Source: Bacteroidota bacterium
Lineage (GTDB): Bacteria > Bacteroidota > Ignavibacteria > UBA10030
Direction: 5' to 3'
NCBI GenBank assembly: GCA_041695045.1
Contig: JBGFRR010000063.1
Location: 5,754 to 69,753 of the forward strand
Length of the DNA stretch: 64,000 bases
Shown here: positions 1-10,810 of the stretch, piece by piece
How the letters are laid out: every line of letters begins with the position of its first letter
How positions within the stretch are numbered: position 1 is the stretch's first letter
The notes under the pieces: model-generated
Seen by the model: the letters and a program-made list of their open reading frames with translations, nothing else
Told to the model about the DNA's origin: nothing
Databases searched by the model: none
Position numbers and translations under genes: made by a program

Positions 1-40
1 GCCGTGAGCTAACCATGAGATTGACCGAAGGAGACGCACC

Positions 41-484
41 ATGAAGATCATTTTGCGACAGAACTTTGAAAAGTTAGGCCGCGTTGGAGACATCGTCGAT
101 GTGAAAGACGGTTATGCGCGGAACTACCTCATCCCCCGCAATATCGCATACCAGGCTACTCCCGGCGGCATCAAGATGCTCGAGGAAGAAAAAAAACAGC
201 AGGCACGACGGCTTGCCAAGGAGAAGGTGTCGGCTGAGACGCTTGCAGTACAACTCGAGAAGGTTTCCGCCACCATCCAGATGAAGGTCGGTGAGGATGA
301 AAAACTCTTCGGCTCGGTGACATCACAGATGATCGCCGATGTTCTGCAGGAAAAAGGCATCACGCTCGACAAGCGGCACATCGTGCTCGAAGAACCCATC
401 AAAGCGTTGGGGATCTATGACGTGCCGGTGAAACTTGCCGCCGGTGTTGAAGCGATCGTGAAAGTATGGGTCGTTCGCGAGTAA
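41..484 (+). CDS. rplI: 50S ribosomal protein L9
   Basis: 147 aa; N-terminal MKIILRQNFEKLGRVGDIVDVKDGYARNYLIPRN is the L9 signature. AGGAG RBS 8 nt upstream of the ATG at 41. Confidence 0.95.
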   Translation: MKIILRQNFEKLGRVGDIVDVKDGYARNYLIPRNIAYQATPGGIKMLEEEKKQQARRLAKEKVSAETLAVQLEKVSATIQMKVGEDEKLFGSVTSQMIADVLQEKGITLDKRHIVLEEPIKALGIYDVPVKLAAGVEAIVKVWVVRE

Positions 485-570
485 CGTCTGCTCAGACGAA
501 CCAACTCTCCGCCGGTGTTCATCTCCCCTGATGAGCATCGGCGTCGTTTTTCCTCTGCGAAGAACGTTTC

Positions 571-599
571 TTGACTTTAGGGCACAAAATTGAGTAAAT
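571..599 (+). promoter_or_regulatory. Putative sigma70-like promoter for korAB (TTGACT -17 bp- TAAATT)
   Basis: TTGACT at 571-576 and TAAATT at 594-599 with a 17-bp spacer, about 45 nt upstream of the korA ATG. Pattern match only. Confidence 0.3.
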
Positions 600-642
600 T
601 CATTGGGTTTTGTTCCACCATTCCGTCCTCAAAGAACCGACC

Positions 643-2478
643 ATGGCCGAAAAAACCATCCGCAAACTCGAAGACGTAACGATCCGTTTTGCCGGCGATT
701 CCGGCGACGGCATGCAACTCACCGGCACACAGTTCACCAACACCACTGCAATTCTAGGGAACGACCTGAGTACGCTTCCCGACTATCCTGCCGAAATCCG
801 CGCCCCACAGGGCACCCTGTTCGGCGTGAGCGGCTTCCAGATTCACTTCGGGAGCAAAGAGATTAACACGCCAGGCGATTCGTGCGACGTGCTCGTTGCC
901 ATGAATGCCGCGGCACTCAAGGTCAATCTCGGCAGTCTCGTCGATGGCGGCGTCATCATCGTCAACACCGAAGGCTTCAGCGACAAAAACCTGAAATTAG
1001 CCGGCTATTCCTCTAACCCGCTCAAGAATAGTTCGCTGTCCAAGTACACCGTCTTTGAGGTCGACATCAGTAAACTGACGGCGCTTGCATTGCAGGACCT
1101 GAATCTCTCCACCAAGCTTGTCGACCGCTCGAAGAACTTCTTCGCTCTCGGTATGATGTATTGGCTCTACAATCGGCCGATGGAACCGACGATCAAATGG
1201 ATCAAGAAGAAGTTCGCGAACAAGCCAGAGGTTCTGGAGGCGAACCTCCGCGTACTGAAGGCGGGCTGGAACTATGGTGAGACGACGGAGATGTTTACCG
1301 TCCGCTACACGGTCGAGCCTGCCAAATTGCCTCCGGGAAAATATCGCAACATCACAGGCAACCAGGCGACTGCATGGGGGCTGATGGCAGCCGCGAAGAA
1401 ATCGAACATCGACCTCTTCCTCGGCAGCTATCCGATCACTCCCGCCAGCGACATTCTCCATGAGCTGTCGATGTACAAGAATTTCGGCGTGAAGACATTC
1501 CAGGCCGAAGATGAGATCGCCGGTATTACCTCGGCCATTGGCGCTTCCTTTGGCGGCGCATTGGGTGTGACAACCACAAGCGGCCCCGGCGTTGCGCTGA
1601 AGACGGAAGCTCTCGGTTTGGCCGTCATGGTTGAGCTGCCTGTGGTTGTCTGTAACATCCAACGCGGGGGACCAAGCACCGGCCTCCCGACAAAGACGGA
1701 GCAGTCCGACCTCCTGCAAGCTCTGTATGGTCGCAACGGCGAAGCGCCAATCCCCGTTATTGCCGCATCCACACCGGCCGATTGCTTCGACAAAGTGTTC
1801 GAAGCGTGCCGCATGGCCATCCAATACATGACGCCCGTGTTCTTTCTGTCGGACGGATATCTTGGCAACGGTTCTGAGCCGTGGCTCATTCCGGATTTCA
1901 ACAAGCTGCCGGATATCTCTCCGAAGTTCAGAACAAATCCGGAGGGATTCCTTCCCTATCTGCGCGAGGAGAAGACGCTTGCCCGGCCGTGGGCGATTCC
2001 CGGCACACCCGGCTTAGAACACCGCATCGGCGGTTTGGAGAAGCAACATCTGACCGGCAATGTGAGCTACGACCCCCAGAACCATGAGTTCATGGTGAAG
2101 CTGCGGGCGGAGAAGGTTGAGCGCATTGCGAACGACATCCCGCTTGCTGACGTGGAAGGCGATCCGGAAGGCGATGTGCTCGTTGTAGGATGGGGAGGAA
2201 CGTACGGCGCGATTCGCACCGCTGTTGCACGCCATCGCGAAAAAGGCAATGCGGTTTCGCATCTCCATCTACACTATTTGAACCCACTGCAAAAGAACGT
2301 TGGTGAGATCCTATACAAGTTCAAGCATCTGCTCGTGCCCGAACTGAACATGGGGCAGCTCGTGAAAGTGCTGCGTGCAAAATATCTTGTGCCGGCGATC
2401 AGTCTGAACAAAGTGCAGGGACTCCCCTTCAAAGCCATCGAGATTGAAAAGAAGATTGACGAGATTCTGAAAGGATAA
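643..2478 (+). CDS. korA: 2-oxoglutarate/2-oxoacid:ferredoxin oxidoreductase alpha subunit (KorA-type)
   Basis: About 611 aa from the ATG at 643 ([28 protein letters not shown]...), the typical KorA N-terminus and length. Immediately followed by a TPP-binding beta subunit. Confidence 0.9.
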   Translation: MAEKTIRKLEDVTIRFAGDSGDGMQLTGTQFTNTTAILGNDLSTLPDYPAEIRAPQGTLFGVSGFQIHFGSKEINTPGDSCDVLVAMNAAALKVNLGSLVDGGVIIVNTEGFSDKNLKLAGYSSNPLKNSSLSKYTVFEVDISKLTALALQDLNLSTKLVDRSKNFFALGMMYWLYNRPMEPTIKWIKKKFANKPEVLEANLRVLKAGWNYGETTEMFTVRYTVEPAKLPPGKYRNITGNQATAWGLMAAAKKSNIDLFLGSYPITPASDILHELSMYKNFGVKTFQAEDEIAGITSAIGASFGGALGVTTTSGPGVALKTEALGLAVMVELPVVVCNIQRGGPSTGLPTKTEQSDLLQALYGRNGEAPIPVIAASTPADCFDKVFEACRMAIQYMTPVFFLSDGYLGNGSEPWLIPDFNKLPDISPKFRTNPEGFLPYLREEKTLARPWAIPGTPGLEHRIGGLEKQHLTGNVSYDPQNHEFMVKLRAEKVERIANDIPLADVEGDPEGDVLVVGWGGTYGAIRTAVARHREKGNAVSHLHLHYLNPLQKNVGEILYKFKHLLVPELNMGQLVKVLRAKYLVPAISLNKVQGLPFKAIEIEKKIDEILKG

Positions 2479-2480
2479 TC

Positions 2481-3530
2481 ATGTCGACACTCATCCAAAA
2501 AACCCTCGCATCGGTCACGGCGCCCGAAGTACAATACACGGCGAAGGATTTCCAAAGCGACCAGGACGTTCGCTGGTGCCCCGGCTGCGGCGACTACTCC
2601 ATCCTCGCTCAAACCCAACGTGTCATGCCTGACCTTGGCATTCCGCGACACAACATGGTCTTCATCTCCGGCATCGGCTGTTCGAGCCGTTTCCCGTACT
2701 ACATGAACACCTACGGCTTTCACGGAATCCACGGCCGCGCCACAGCCATTGCTTCCGGGCTGAAGCTCGCGCGACCGGAGCTTTCTGTGTGGGTCGTCAC
2801 GGGTGATGGCGATGGACTCAGCATCGGCGGCAACCATCTGATCCATCTCATCCGCCGCAATCTCGACATCAACATTCTGCTCTTCAACAATCAGATTTAC
2901 GGTCTTACGAAGGGGCAGTATTCTCCGACGTCCGAGCGCGGGAAAATCACAAATTCTACACCGTACGGCTCCTTAGATTATCCTTTCAATCCCGTTGCCT
3001 TGAGTCTCGGCGCGAGTGCGACCTTCGTTGCACGCACGATGGACCGCGACCCGAAACACATGCAGGCCATCATCAAGCGGGCAGCGGCACACAAGGGCAC
3101 ATCCTTCGTCGAGATTTACCAAAACTGCAACGTGTTCAACGACGGCGCGTTCTTCCAATTCACGGAAAAGGAAACGAAAGACGACAGCGTCGTCTTCCTT
3201 GAGCACGGCAAACCGCTCGTCTTCGGCAAGGAAAAAGACAAGGGCGTGCGCCTGAACGGCTTCACGCCGGAAGTCGTCTCGCTGAAGGATGGAACGTATT
3301 CCGTCAACGACCTCCTGGTTCACGACGAAACCGACACGACGCTTTCCTTCATTCTCGCCGACATGACCTACAAGGCCAGCGTCCCGCGTCCGATTGGAAC
3401 CTTTCTCGCCGTCGAGCGGCCGGTGTATGAAGAGGATATGGAGCGTCAGATCGACCTTGCAAAGGAGAAGCGTGGCGAGGGAGATATGGTCAAGCTGTTG
3501 AACTCGGGAGAGACGTGGGTCGTTCAGTAG
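2481..3530 (+). CDS. korB: 2-oxoglutarate/2-oxoacid:ferredoxin oxidoreductase beta subunit (TPP-binding)
   Basis: 349 aa; CPGCGDYSIL Cys motif and GDGDGLSIGGNH TPP-binding motif. 2-nt gap after korA. Confidence 0.9.
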   Translation: MSTLIQKTLASVTAPEVQYTAKDFQSDQDVRWCPGCGDYSILAQTQRVMPDLGIPRHNMVFISGIGCSSRFPYYMNTYGFHGIHGRATAIASGLKLARPELSVWVVTGDGDGLSIGGNHLIHLIRRNLDINILLFNNQIYGLTKGQYSPTSERGKITNSTPYGSLDYPFNPVALSLGASATFVARTMDRDPKHMQAIIKRAAAHKGTSFVEIYQNCNVFNDGAFFQFTEKETKDDSVVFLEHGKPLVFGKEKDKGVRLNGFTPEVVSLKDGTYSVNDLLVHDETDTTLSFILADMTYKASVPRPIGTFLAVERPVYEEDMERQIDLAKEKRGEGDMVKLLNSGETWVVQ

Positions 3531-3550
3531 GGAGTTCAGTCGACATCACC

Positions 3551-3590
3551 AAGGTGTGGCTGGAGTGTCTGGTCACACCTTTTTTGTTGT
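3551..3590 (+). terminator. Rho-independent terminator after korB
   Basis: Stem AAGGTGTG (3551-3558) / CACACCTT (3574-3581), followed by TTTTTTGTTGTT. Confidence 0.6.
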
Positions 3591-3608
3591 TCTCCATGGA
3601 GTGCTGAC

Positions 3609-4595
3609 GTGCAGCAAGAGTTTGAACTCTGCAAAATACTGATCGAACAGCACCATCGATTTGTGCTTACTACGCACATCAATCCGGACGGCGACGGCCT
3701 TGGAAGCGAGCTCGCGCTCACCTCGCTTCTTCGGAGCCGTGGCAAAACAGTGCACATGCTCAACCACAGCGAAACGCCGTACTATTACGGCTTCCTCGAT
3801 CCGAACGGACAGATTCAACAGTTCGATGAGCAGCGGCACAGCGCTCTTGTTCACGAGGCGGGAGTTATCTTCGTTCTGGATACAAATCAGCCGGAGCGGC
3901 TTGGAACACTGAAACCCTTTGTGCTCGAGAGTAGGGCGAAAAAGATTTGCATCGACCATCATCTCGACCGGACTGAGTTCGCCGATGTCTATATCCTCGA
4001 TGAAGACTCTGCCGCCACGAGCGAGATCATGTACCACCTGCTCGAATATCTCGATGGAAATCGTTTCACCCCCGAGGTTGCAACGGCCCTCTACACCGGC
4101 ATCATGACGGATACCGGCTCGTTTCGTTTTCCACGGACAAGCGCCGACCTGCACCGCAGAGTTGCTCACCTCATCGAGTGCGGCGCGGACCCTGTTACTA
4201 TCTACCAGAATGTCTACGAACAGGGGACGCTCGGCCGTCTTCAACTGTTGGGTAAAGTCCTCTCAACGCTCCAAACGGCGCATGATGGGAAAGTTGCCTC
4301 ACTTCAAGCGACGCGGGAGATGTTTCGCGAGACCGAAACTCGAGAGGAGGACACTGACGGAATGATCAACTATACACTCTCCATCAAAGGGGTTCAAGTG
4401 GGACTGATGTTCACCGAGCTGCAGGACAACGTGAAGGTGGGTTTCCGGTCAAAAGGCGACATTGCCGTCAACAAGCTTGCACAGGAGTTTGGAGGAAACG
4501 GCCACATGAACGCCGCCGGCGCTCGAGTAACGGGCGCGAAAGTTCATAAGTTGGCAGCAAAGATCATCGCACGCTCAAAAGTATACATTCGCTAG
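3609..4595 (+). CDS. nrnA: DHH/DHHA1 phosphoesterase, bifunctional oligoribonuclease/pAp phosphatase NrnA-like
   Basis: 328 aa; DHH motifs (NPDGDGLGS, CIDHHLD) and the DHHA1 GGGH-type motif (FGGNGHMNAAG). GTG start at 3609. Confidence 0.8.
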   Translation: MQQEFELCKILIEQHHRFVLTTHINPDGDGLGSELALTSLLRSRGKTVHMLNHSETPYYYGFLDPNGQIQQFDEQRHSALVHEAGVIFVLDTNQPERLGTLKPFVLESRAKKICIDHHLDRTEFADVYILDEDSAATSEIMYHLLEYLDGNRFTPEVATALYTGIMTDTGSFRFPRTSADLHRRVAHLIECGADPVTIYQNVYEQGTLGRLQLLGKVLSTLQTAHDGKVASLQATREMFRETETREEDTDGMINYTLSIKGVQVGLMFTELQDNVKVGFRSKGDIAVNKLAQEFGGNGHMNAAGARVTGAKVHKLAAKIIARSKVYIR

Positions 4596-4605
4596 AGAGG
4601 TTGTC

Positions 4606-6102
4606 ATGGGTTACTCCTATCAAACTGCATCCATCACACAGGTAAAGGCAGACGTTGTTGTGGTCTGTATCCATCAGAATGAGGCGCTCTACAATCGCGA
4701 GATGAAAGCGCTTGCTGCCCATTTCGGCGCGCCGGTCGCAACGCTTCTGTCGAGTGGAGACTTCAAGGCGAAGGAGGGAGAGACTGCCCTGCTCTATCTG
4801 GACGCTGGAGCAAAAGCACGACGCCTTATGCTTGCGGGATTAGGGAAAAAACCGACAGATACCAATACAGCACTGGAGCGCTATCGCCGCGCTGCAGGTA
4901 CCGCAGCTATGCGAGCGCGGTCAATCAAAGCTTCGACCGTTGCTCTTGCTCTTCCCTCCACCGAGGACAATGCTGCCGATGTTGCCCTCGCGCTGACGGA
5001 AGGCTCCGGCCTCGGTTTGTATCAATTCGATAAGCACAAGTCAAAGTCCGAAGACGATTCGCACCGCGTCGGACAGCTTACGATTTTCTCGGACGACCGG
5101 AAGCTACAGCGTATCGGAACCGAGGCTGTGCACAAGGGTGAAATCCTTATCGCCGCGACAACCCTCGCGCGCGATTTGGCCAATGCGCCCGGCAATGAAA
5201 TCTATCCCGAGACACTCGCACAAGCCGCCGTTGAAGCCGGCAAGCGTTCGGGATTCTCGGTCAAAGTGATGACCGAGAGACAGATCGCCCGGCTCGGCAT
5301 GGGAGGCATCATCGGGGTTGCGAAAGGAAGCGCTCATCCCCCGCGCTTCATCATTCTTGAATACGGACGGAAGTCGAAAAACCCCATCGTTCTCATCGGA
5401 AAGGGCGTCACGTTCGACACCGGAGGCATCTCGCTGAAACCCTCCGCGAACATGAGTGAAATGAAGATGGACATGTCGGGTGCAGCGGCGGTGATCGGTG
5501 CGTTTCAGGCAGTGGCGCGCCTCGCGTTGCCGGTACACATCATCGGATTGATTCCGGCCGTTGAGAACATGCCCAGCGGAACATCGACGCGTCCGGGCGA
5601 TATTCTCCGACACTACAACGGCAAAACATCGGAGGTCGATAACACCGACGCGGAAGGTCGGCTCATCCTTGCCGATGCACTGGCGTATGCAGAGCGCTAC
5701 CATCCTGCCGCCGTCATCGACCTCGCCACGCTGACCGGCGCGTGCGTCGTTGCGCTCGGCCACTTCGCAACCGGCATGATGAGCAACGACGATGCGCTCA
5801 TGGAGAAACTCAAAGCTTCAGGCGAACGAACATACGAGCGCGTCTGGCCGCTCCCCCTGTTTGATGAATATGAAAACCTGATCAAGAGCGACGTTGCGGA
5901 TGTGAAAAACACCGGAGGTCGATGGGCGGGGGCCATTACTGCTGCATGGTTTCTCAAAAAGTTCATCGGAGACTATCCGTGGGTGCATCTCGATATTGCG
6001 GGAACGGCTATTCTTGAAGAGCATGGAGCCTACACACAGAAGGGCGCGTCGGGTGTCTGTGTACGATTGCTCGCGGATTTTCTCGCGCATTGGAAGCGAT
6101 AA
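4606..6102 (+). CDS. pepA: Leucyl aminopeptidase (M17 family)
   Basis: 498 aa; NTDAEGRL active-site signature, GKGVTFDTGG, typical M17 C-terminal domain. Confidence 0.9.
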   Translation: MGYSYQTASITQVKADVVVVCIHQNEALYNREMKALAAHFGAPVATLLSSGDFKAKEGETALLYLDAGAKARRLMLAGLGKKPTDTNTALERYRRAAGTAAMRARSIKASTVALALPSTEDNAADVALALTEGSGLGLYQFDKHKSKSEDDSHRVGQLTIFSDDRKLQRIGTEAVHKGEILIAATTLARDLANAPGNEIYPETLAQAAVEAGKRSGFSVKVMTERQIARLGMGGIIGVAKGSAHPPRFIILEYGRKSKNPIVLIGKGVTFDTGGISLKPSANMSEMKMDMSGAAAVIGAFQAVARLALPVHIIGLIPAVENMPSGTSTRPGDILRHYNGKTSEVDNTDAEGRLILADALAYAERYHPAAVIDLATLTGACVVALGHFATGMMSNDDALMEKLKASGERTYERVWPLPLFDEYENLIKSDVADVKNTGGRWAGAITAAWFLKKFIGDYPWVHLDIAGTAILEEHGAYTQKGASGVCVRLLADFLAHWKR

Positions 6103-6253
6103 GGTTCGATGGATCCATTCCATTCACGACGGACGTGCGCCGTACGCTTGTAGTACGCCGCTTTCCTCATCGTAGGACTCCCTCGGAACTCTTCCTACCT
6201 TGCCTTTCCCTCCCTTTCTTGCTATCTTGGCTCTGCACTTTCATTGCCTTTCG

Positions 6254-7804
6254 ATGACTTCCGCCTACGCTTCGATCGAACACGACCTCAAGTCCCTCCT
6301 CAGAGGTGAATGCTTTTTCGACACCGAAACGCGTGAGCGCTACAGCACCGCAGCTTCATGGTATACGATCATGCCGGTTGGTGTCGTATTCCCTCACGAT
6401 GTTGAAGACGTTCAGACAGTCGTTCGGTTCTGCAGCGAGAACGACATCGCCATCATTCCTCGCGGGGGCGGCTCCGGATTGGCAGGCCAGGCTGTGGGAC
6501 TTGGCGTTGTACTCGACTTCACAAAACACATGCACGGTGTCGTTTCCTATGATGAGGCGACGGTGACGGTCCAGCCCGGCATCGTTCTTCACTCACTCAA
6601 TGAGTGCCTGGCCCGTCACGACAGAATGTTCCCTATAGACCCGGCCAGCAGCACGATTTGCACTATCGGTGGAATGATCGCCACCAACGCAGCCGGCGCA
6701 CATGGGCCAAAGTATGGTGCAACGAAAGATCACGTCGAGGCCGTTACCGTTGTTCTTGCAAACGGAGAGATTGCACACCTCGGCAAGAATGGAGTGGCTT
6801 CTTCACCGAACAGCCTTCAGCTGTTCGAAGATACCCGTACTCTTCTCGAACCGTATCGCGAACTCATTCGCGAGCGCTTCCCCCGTGTCGCCAAGAATTC
6901 TTCAGGCTACAACCTTCTCGATACGATCGGATTCCACACGCATGACCCGCGGAAACTGATCGTAGGCTCGGAAGGCACACTCGCGATCGTTATCGAGGCA
7001 ACCGTTAACCTTGTGCTCATCCCGAAGCATCGTACCGGCGTCGTGGCTTTTTTCCATGATGATGAGTCGGCGGCACGGGCGACACTGGCGGGGCTGAGCC
7101 TTGAACCGAGCGCTGTCGAATTCCTTGACCGCACCTACTTCTCTCTCGGCCGCTCGATACCCGGCAGCGATGGCCTCGTGCGGGACGATGCGCAGGTTCT
7201 GCTGTACTTTGAATGTGAAGGAGACGATGCTTCAAGCGTCTCCGTCTTTGAAAAAAAGATTCGCTCAGTCATTGCTCCTGCACAGCCCCTCGAGGTGCGC
7301 ACGCTCGACAACGAGAGCAAGAGACAATCCCTCTGGCAATTGCGCGAACACGTCAGCCGCATCTTGAATTTCGACGAGGTATTCCAGAAGGCGAGCTTCA
7401 TCGAGGACGTCGCGGTGCCTATTCCCCAGCTTCCGACATATCTCGAAGGGTTAAGGGCAATTCTTCATCGGTTTGGGATTCAGTGCTCCATCTATGGCCA
7501 TGCCGGCTCGGGGAATGTCCACTGTGCAGCATTCGTGAATCTCGGTAACCTCGACCACTACCGCGCTATCGACATGATAGCGAGCGAAGTGAACGACCTC
7601 GCCATCGCCCTCGGTGGTACCCTCTCCGGCGAACACGGCGACGGTTTCGTGCGAACGCCGTATCTCGAACGCCTCTATGGGTCGGCCATCTACAGGCTTT
7701 TTGGAGAGATCAAATACCTCTTCGACCCTCGCGGCATCCTCAATCCCGGAAAAATCATCGGACCACAGAACACAACGATCCTGCATGACATCGCGCTTGT
7801 ATAA
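6254..7804 (+). CDS. FAD-binding oxidoreductase (GlcD/D-lactate dehydrogenase family)
   Basis: FAD-binding PCMH domain (IIPRGGGSGLAGQAV) with a C-terminal FAD-oxidase domain. The ORF-track start at 6200 is a TTG; the first ATG (6254, MTSAYASIEHDL) fits the family N-terminus better. Confidence 0.75.
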   Translation: MTSAYASIEHDLKSLLRGECFFDTETRERYSTAASWYTIMPVGVVFPHDVEDVQTVVRFCSENDIAIIPRGGGSGLAGQAVGLGVVLDFTKHMHGVVSYDEATVTVQPGIVLHSLNECLARHDRMFPIDPASSTICTIGGMIATNAAGAHGPKYGATKDHVEAVTVVLANGEIAHLGKNGVASSPNSLQLFEDTRTLLEPYRELIRERFPRVAKNSSGYNLLDTIGFHTHDPRKLIVGSEGTLAIVIEATVNLVLIPKHRTGVVAFFHDDESAARATLAGLSLEPSAVEFLDRTYFSLGRSIPGSDGLVRDDAQVLLYFECEGDDASSVSVFEKKIRSVIAPAQPLEVRTLDNESKRQSLWQLREHVSRILNFDEVFQKASFIEDVAVPIPQLPTYLEGLRAILHRFGIQCSIYGHAGSGNVHCAAFVNLGNLDHYRAIDMIASEVNDLAIALGGTLSGEHGDGFVRTPYLERLYGSAIYRLFGEIKYLFDPRGILNPGKIIGPQNTTILHDIALV

Positions 7805-9143
7805 TCCTCTCTTGCTTACACTGCTGCTCACCACCGCTGCATCGGCTCAAGTGAGAGATACGCGCGGCGATGATCCGCGCACGCCACACCCCGTGTCGTT
7901 TGAGGGTATTCCGCTCTTCGCGAACGACACAACAAAAGCGTTGATCAACGTCCATTACCGGATCGGGCAACAGTTCTTTGTGTTCGTTCGCAATCTTCAG
8001 GAAACCAGATGGGAAGAGTTTCTAGCGCGCGGCGAATTGTTGGTGGAACTAAAGGATAACCAGAACCTCTCCGTTGCACGGGATTTCCGACGGATTCGCC
8101 TCACGCGCGCGACTCAACCACGGGAGGGAGAAGAACTGCCTGACGTCGTCGGGGCATTTTCGTTCACCGTGCCCGACGGCGAGTACACGATCATCTTCAG
8201 CTTAGATGACCGTGAGTCCGGCCGGCAAGTCCTCAACCGCGACCGCAAGGTTACAACACGCCGGGGATACGAGCAGATCTTAGAGCTCTCTTTCCCGATG
8301 TTCAGCATTGTAGAATTTCATCAGGAGAAAAGCGATTCCATTTTCATTAAGCCGTTGAACCGTGGGACGCACGTGCATTTCGATTCCCGAGGAGGATATA
8401 CCTATCAACTCTACCTTCCCACCAGCGCGAGTTTGAACCTGAAATGGACGCTCAAACGGCAACGGGATCCCTTTGCCTACCGTGATCAGGAATGGAGTGG
8501 GAACCAATACACGATTATGGATGGAACGCTGCGGCTAGTTGCATCGGAAGGGGAGGTTACCTATGCCCTCGTACGAAAGCCCAATACGCCATGGAAACTT
8601 CTTCACATTCCGTTGCCTCTCGAACAACTGGAACCCGGCCAATACACACTCTCCATCGCCATCAACGCGGACGGTTCCACGTATGAGCGGGAGTATTCCT
8701 TCAACGTCGTATGGGCCAACCGCCCGTTCTCACTCACGAACCTGCAGCTTGCCGTCGACGCCCTCTACCACATCGCAACCGACGATGAGATCAGTAATAT
8801 GCAAACCGGGTCGCTCCAGAGGAACCTTCGCGCATTCCACGAATTCTGGCGCAAGCGAGACCGCGACACGACGACGGCCTACAATGAAGTCATGGTCGAA
8901 TACTACCGCCGCGTCGACCATGCCATCCAACGCTTCTCCACCATCACCGGCGCCGACGGATACAAAACCGACCGCGGTCGAGTGTTTACCCTCTACGGCT
9001 CACCCACACGCATCGATCGACTCATTCCCCCCGGCGGCGTTGCGACCGAGGTCTGGACATACGCCCATATCCACAAGCGCTTCATTTTCGCCGACCGCAA
9101 CCGTAACGGCAACCTCGTGCTCACAGCGACAGAGGCGCTGTGA
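7785..9143 (+). CDS. Secreted GWxTD-domain protein
   Basis: ATG at 7785 gives a signal-peptide-like MTSRLYNPLLLTLLLTTAASAQ. The C-terminus (GYKTDRGRVFTLYGSPTRIDR...EVWTYAHIHKRFIFADRNRNGNLVL) matches the GWxTD domain consensus. The upstream in-frame extension of ORF 7614 is rejected because it overlaps glcD in another frame. Confidence 0.7.
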   Translation: MTSRLYNPLLLTLLLTTAASAQVRDTRGDDPRTPHPVSFEGIPLFANDTTKALINVHYRIGQQFFVFVRNLQETRWEEFLARGELLVELKDNQNLSVARDFRRIRLTRATQPREGEELPDVVGAFSFTVPDGEYTIIFSLDDRESGRQVLNRDRKVTTRRGYEQILELSFPMFSIVEFHQEKSDSIFIKPLNRGTHVHFDSRGGYTYQLYLPTSASLNLKWTLKRQRDPFAYRDQEWSGNQYTIMDGTLRLVASEGEVTYALVRKPNTPWKLLHIPLPLEQLEPGQYTLSIAINADGSTYEREYSFNVVWANRPFSLTNLQLAVDALYHIATDDEISNMQTGSLQRNLRAFHEFWRKRDRDTTTAYNEVMVEYYRRVDHAIQRFSTITGADGYKTDRGRVFTLYGSPTRIDRLIPPGGVATEVWTYAHIHKRFIFADRNRNGNLVLTATEAL

Positions 9144-10141
9144 AACCGATCATTGCTATCACCATCGGCGATTTCAACGGCATCGGCCCTGAAGTCGCAT
9201 TGAAGTCCGCTTCCAACCCTTCCGTGAAACGCGCATGCGTTCCATTGCTCGTAGGGCCGCTGGATGTCTTTGAACACGCCCGCAAAGAGTTTCGACTCAA
9301 AACCCAGCTTCGTAAAGCAACCTTTCCCATTCTGCCGACAAGCGCCCTCCCCATTCTCGATGTCGGCGACGGCATCTGGGCGGATGTTCAGTACGGGAAG
9401 GTTTCCAAAGTGGCAGGAAGGAATGCAGGCGTGGCGATCGAGCGCGCCGTCGGCCTCTGTGTGGGCGGTGAAGCTCACGCCATGGTGACAGCGCCCGTCT
9501 CGAAAGAGGCATTACACGAGGCGGGATATGATTTCCCCGGCCAAACGGAAATGATCACACTGCTGAGCCGGTCAACACGCGTGGCGATGATGCTCGTGGC
9601 AGACCAACTGCGTGTCGGTTTGACCACGATCCACGTCCCCATCGGCGCCGTACCACAGCACCTGAGTCGCCAGAAGATCGTCGACAAGGCAAGCATTGTG
9701 TACGAAACGCTTAAAACGATGTACCGCATTAAGCAACCTCGGCTTGCGGTGCTCGGATTGAATCCCCACGCCGGTGAGAACGGCGCCATCGGCTCCGAAG
9801 AACTGGAGATGATCAAGCCCGCCGTGGAGGAACTCCGTACCACAGGCATCGTCGTCGATGGTCCGTTCTCCGCAGACGCGTTCTTCGGAGCAAAGACCTT
9901 CAAGCAGTACGACGCTGTACTCGCCATGTATCATGACCAGGGATTGATTCCACTCAAGATGCTCTCCTTCGGTAAGGCGGTGAACGTTTCGGCAGGGTTG
10001 AACATCATTCGCACATCTCCCGACCACGGGACGGCCTTCGACATTGCAGGCAAGAGCAAAGCGAACATCTCCAGCATGCTCGAAGCGATCAAGCTGGCTG
10101 CACGATTTGCGACAACGAAACGGGGGGAGTTTGATGGTTGA
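9140..10141 (+). CDS. pdxA: 4-hydroxythreonine-4-phosphate dehydrogenase
   Basis: 333 aa; MKPIIAITIGDFNGIGPEV N-terminus is PdxA-typical. GTG start overlaps the upstream stop. Confidence 0.85.
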   Translation: MKPIIAITIGDFNGIGPEVALKSASNPSVKRACVPLLVGPLDVFEHARKEFRLKTQLRKATFPILPTSALPILDVGDGIWADVQYGKVSKVAGRNAGVAIERAVGLCVGGEAHAMVTAPVSKEALHEAGYDFPGQTEMITLLSRSTRVAMMLVADQLRVGLTTIHVPIGAVPQHLSRQKIVDKASIVYETLKTMYRIKQPRLAVLGLNPHAGENGAIGSEELEMIKPAVEELRTTGIVVDGPFSADAFFGAKTFKQYDAVLAMYHDQGLIPLKMLSFGKAVNVSAGLNIIRTSPDHGTAFDIAGKSKANISSMLEAIKLAARFATTKRGEFDG

Positions 10142-10805
10142 GCTCCGCGACCTCTCGGTTTCGTTCGACGGACAACCCGTCCTGCAACGGGTAACCTTTA
10201 CGATGAAGGACGGAGAGTTTGTGTATCTCGTGGGGCAAACCGGGGCGGGAAAGAGTTCGCTCTTGCGGCTGATGTATCTGGACCTCAAACCGGACTCCGG
10301 CGTCGTGCGCGTGGCGGGATATTCATCGACGACGATGAAGACGAGAGACATTCCGTATCTGCGCCGGAAGATCGGGGTGGTGTTTCAGGATTTCAAGCTG
10401 TTGGAAGACCGCAACGTCTACGACAACGTCGCCTTTGCGCTGTATGTTACAAACACACCGCGCAGCGACATCCCCAAGCGAGCCCTCTTCGCCCTCGCCG
10501 ATGTCGGCCTCAGCCATAAACGCAACCACATGCCGCACGAACTTTCCGGCGGCGAACAACAGCGCGTGGTAATCGCACGCGCCGTCGTCAACAACCCCGC
10601 GCTCCTGCTTGCCGACGAGCCGACCGGCAACCTCGACCCCATCTCCTCCTCAGAGATCATGGAGCTGTTGCGGAAGATCAATCTCCGCGGCACGGCAATC
10701 CTGATGGCAACGCATAACTACGAGCTTGTACGGAAGTATCCAGCACGGATTGTGCAACTGAAGGAGGGAAAACTGTTCGACGTGGAGCTGCGAGAGAGGG
10801 TGTGA
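10134..10805 (+). CDS. ftsE: Cell-division ABC ATPase FtsE
   Basis: ATG at 10134 (MVELRDLSVSF...). Walker A GQTGAGKSS, ABC signature LSGGEQQR, about 223 aa. No ftsX follows in this window. Confidence 0.8.
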   Translation: MVELRDLSVSFDGQPVLQRVTFTMKDGEFVYLVGQTGAGKSSLLRLMYLDLKPDSGVVRVAGYSSTTMKTRDIPYLRRKIGVVFQDFKLLEDRNVYDNVAFALYVTNTPRSDIPKRALFALADVGLSHKRNHMPHELSGGEQQRVVIARAVVNNPALLLADEPTGNLDPISSSEIMELLRKINLRGTAILMATHNYELVRKYPARIVQLKEGKLFDVELRERV

Positions 10806-10810
10806 CGCCG

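Noticed and set aside
6200-6253. TTG-initiated N-terminal extension of the FAD oxidase
   Set aside because: The family N-terminus aligns from the first ATG (6254). The extension is hydrophobic junk (MPFPPFLAILALHFHCLS).
7614-7784. In-frame N-terminal extension of the GWxTD protein ORF
   Set aside because: It overlaps the last 190 nt of the glcD-like gene in another frame. A signal-peptide-bearing ATG at 7785 is the plausible start.
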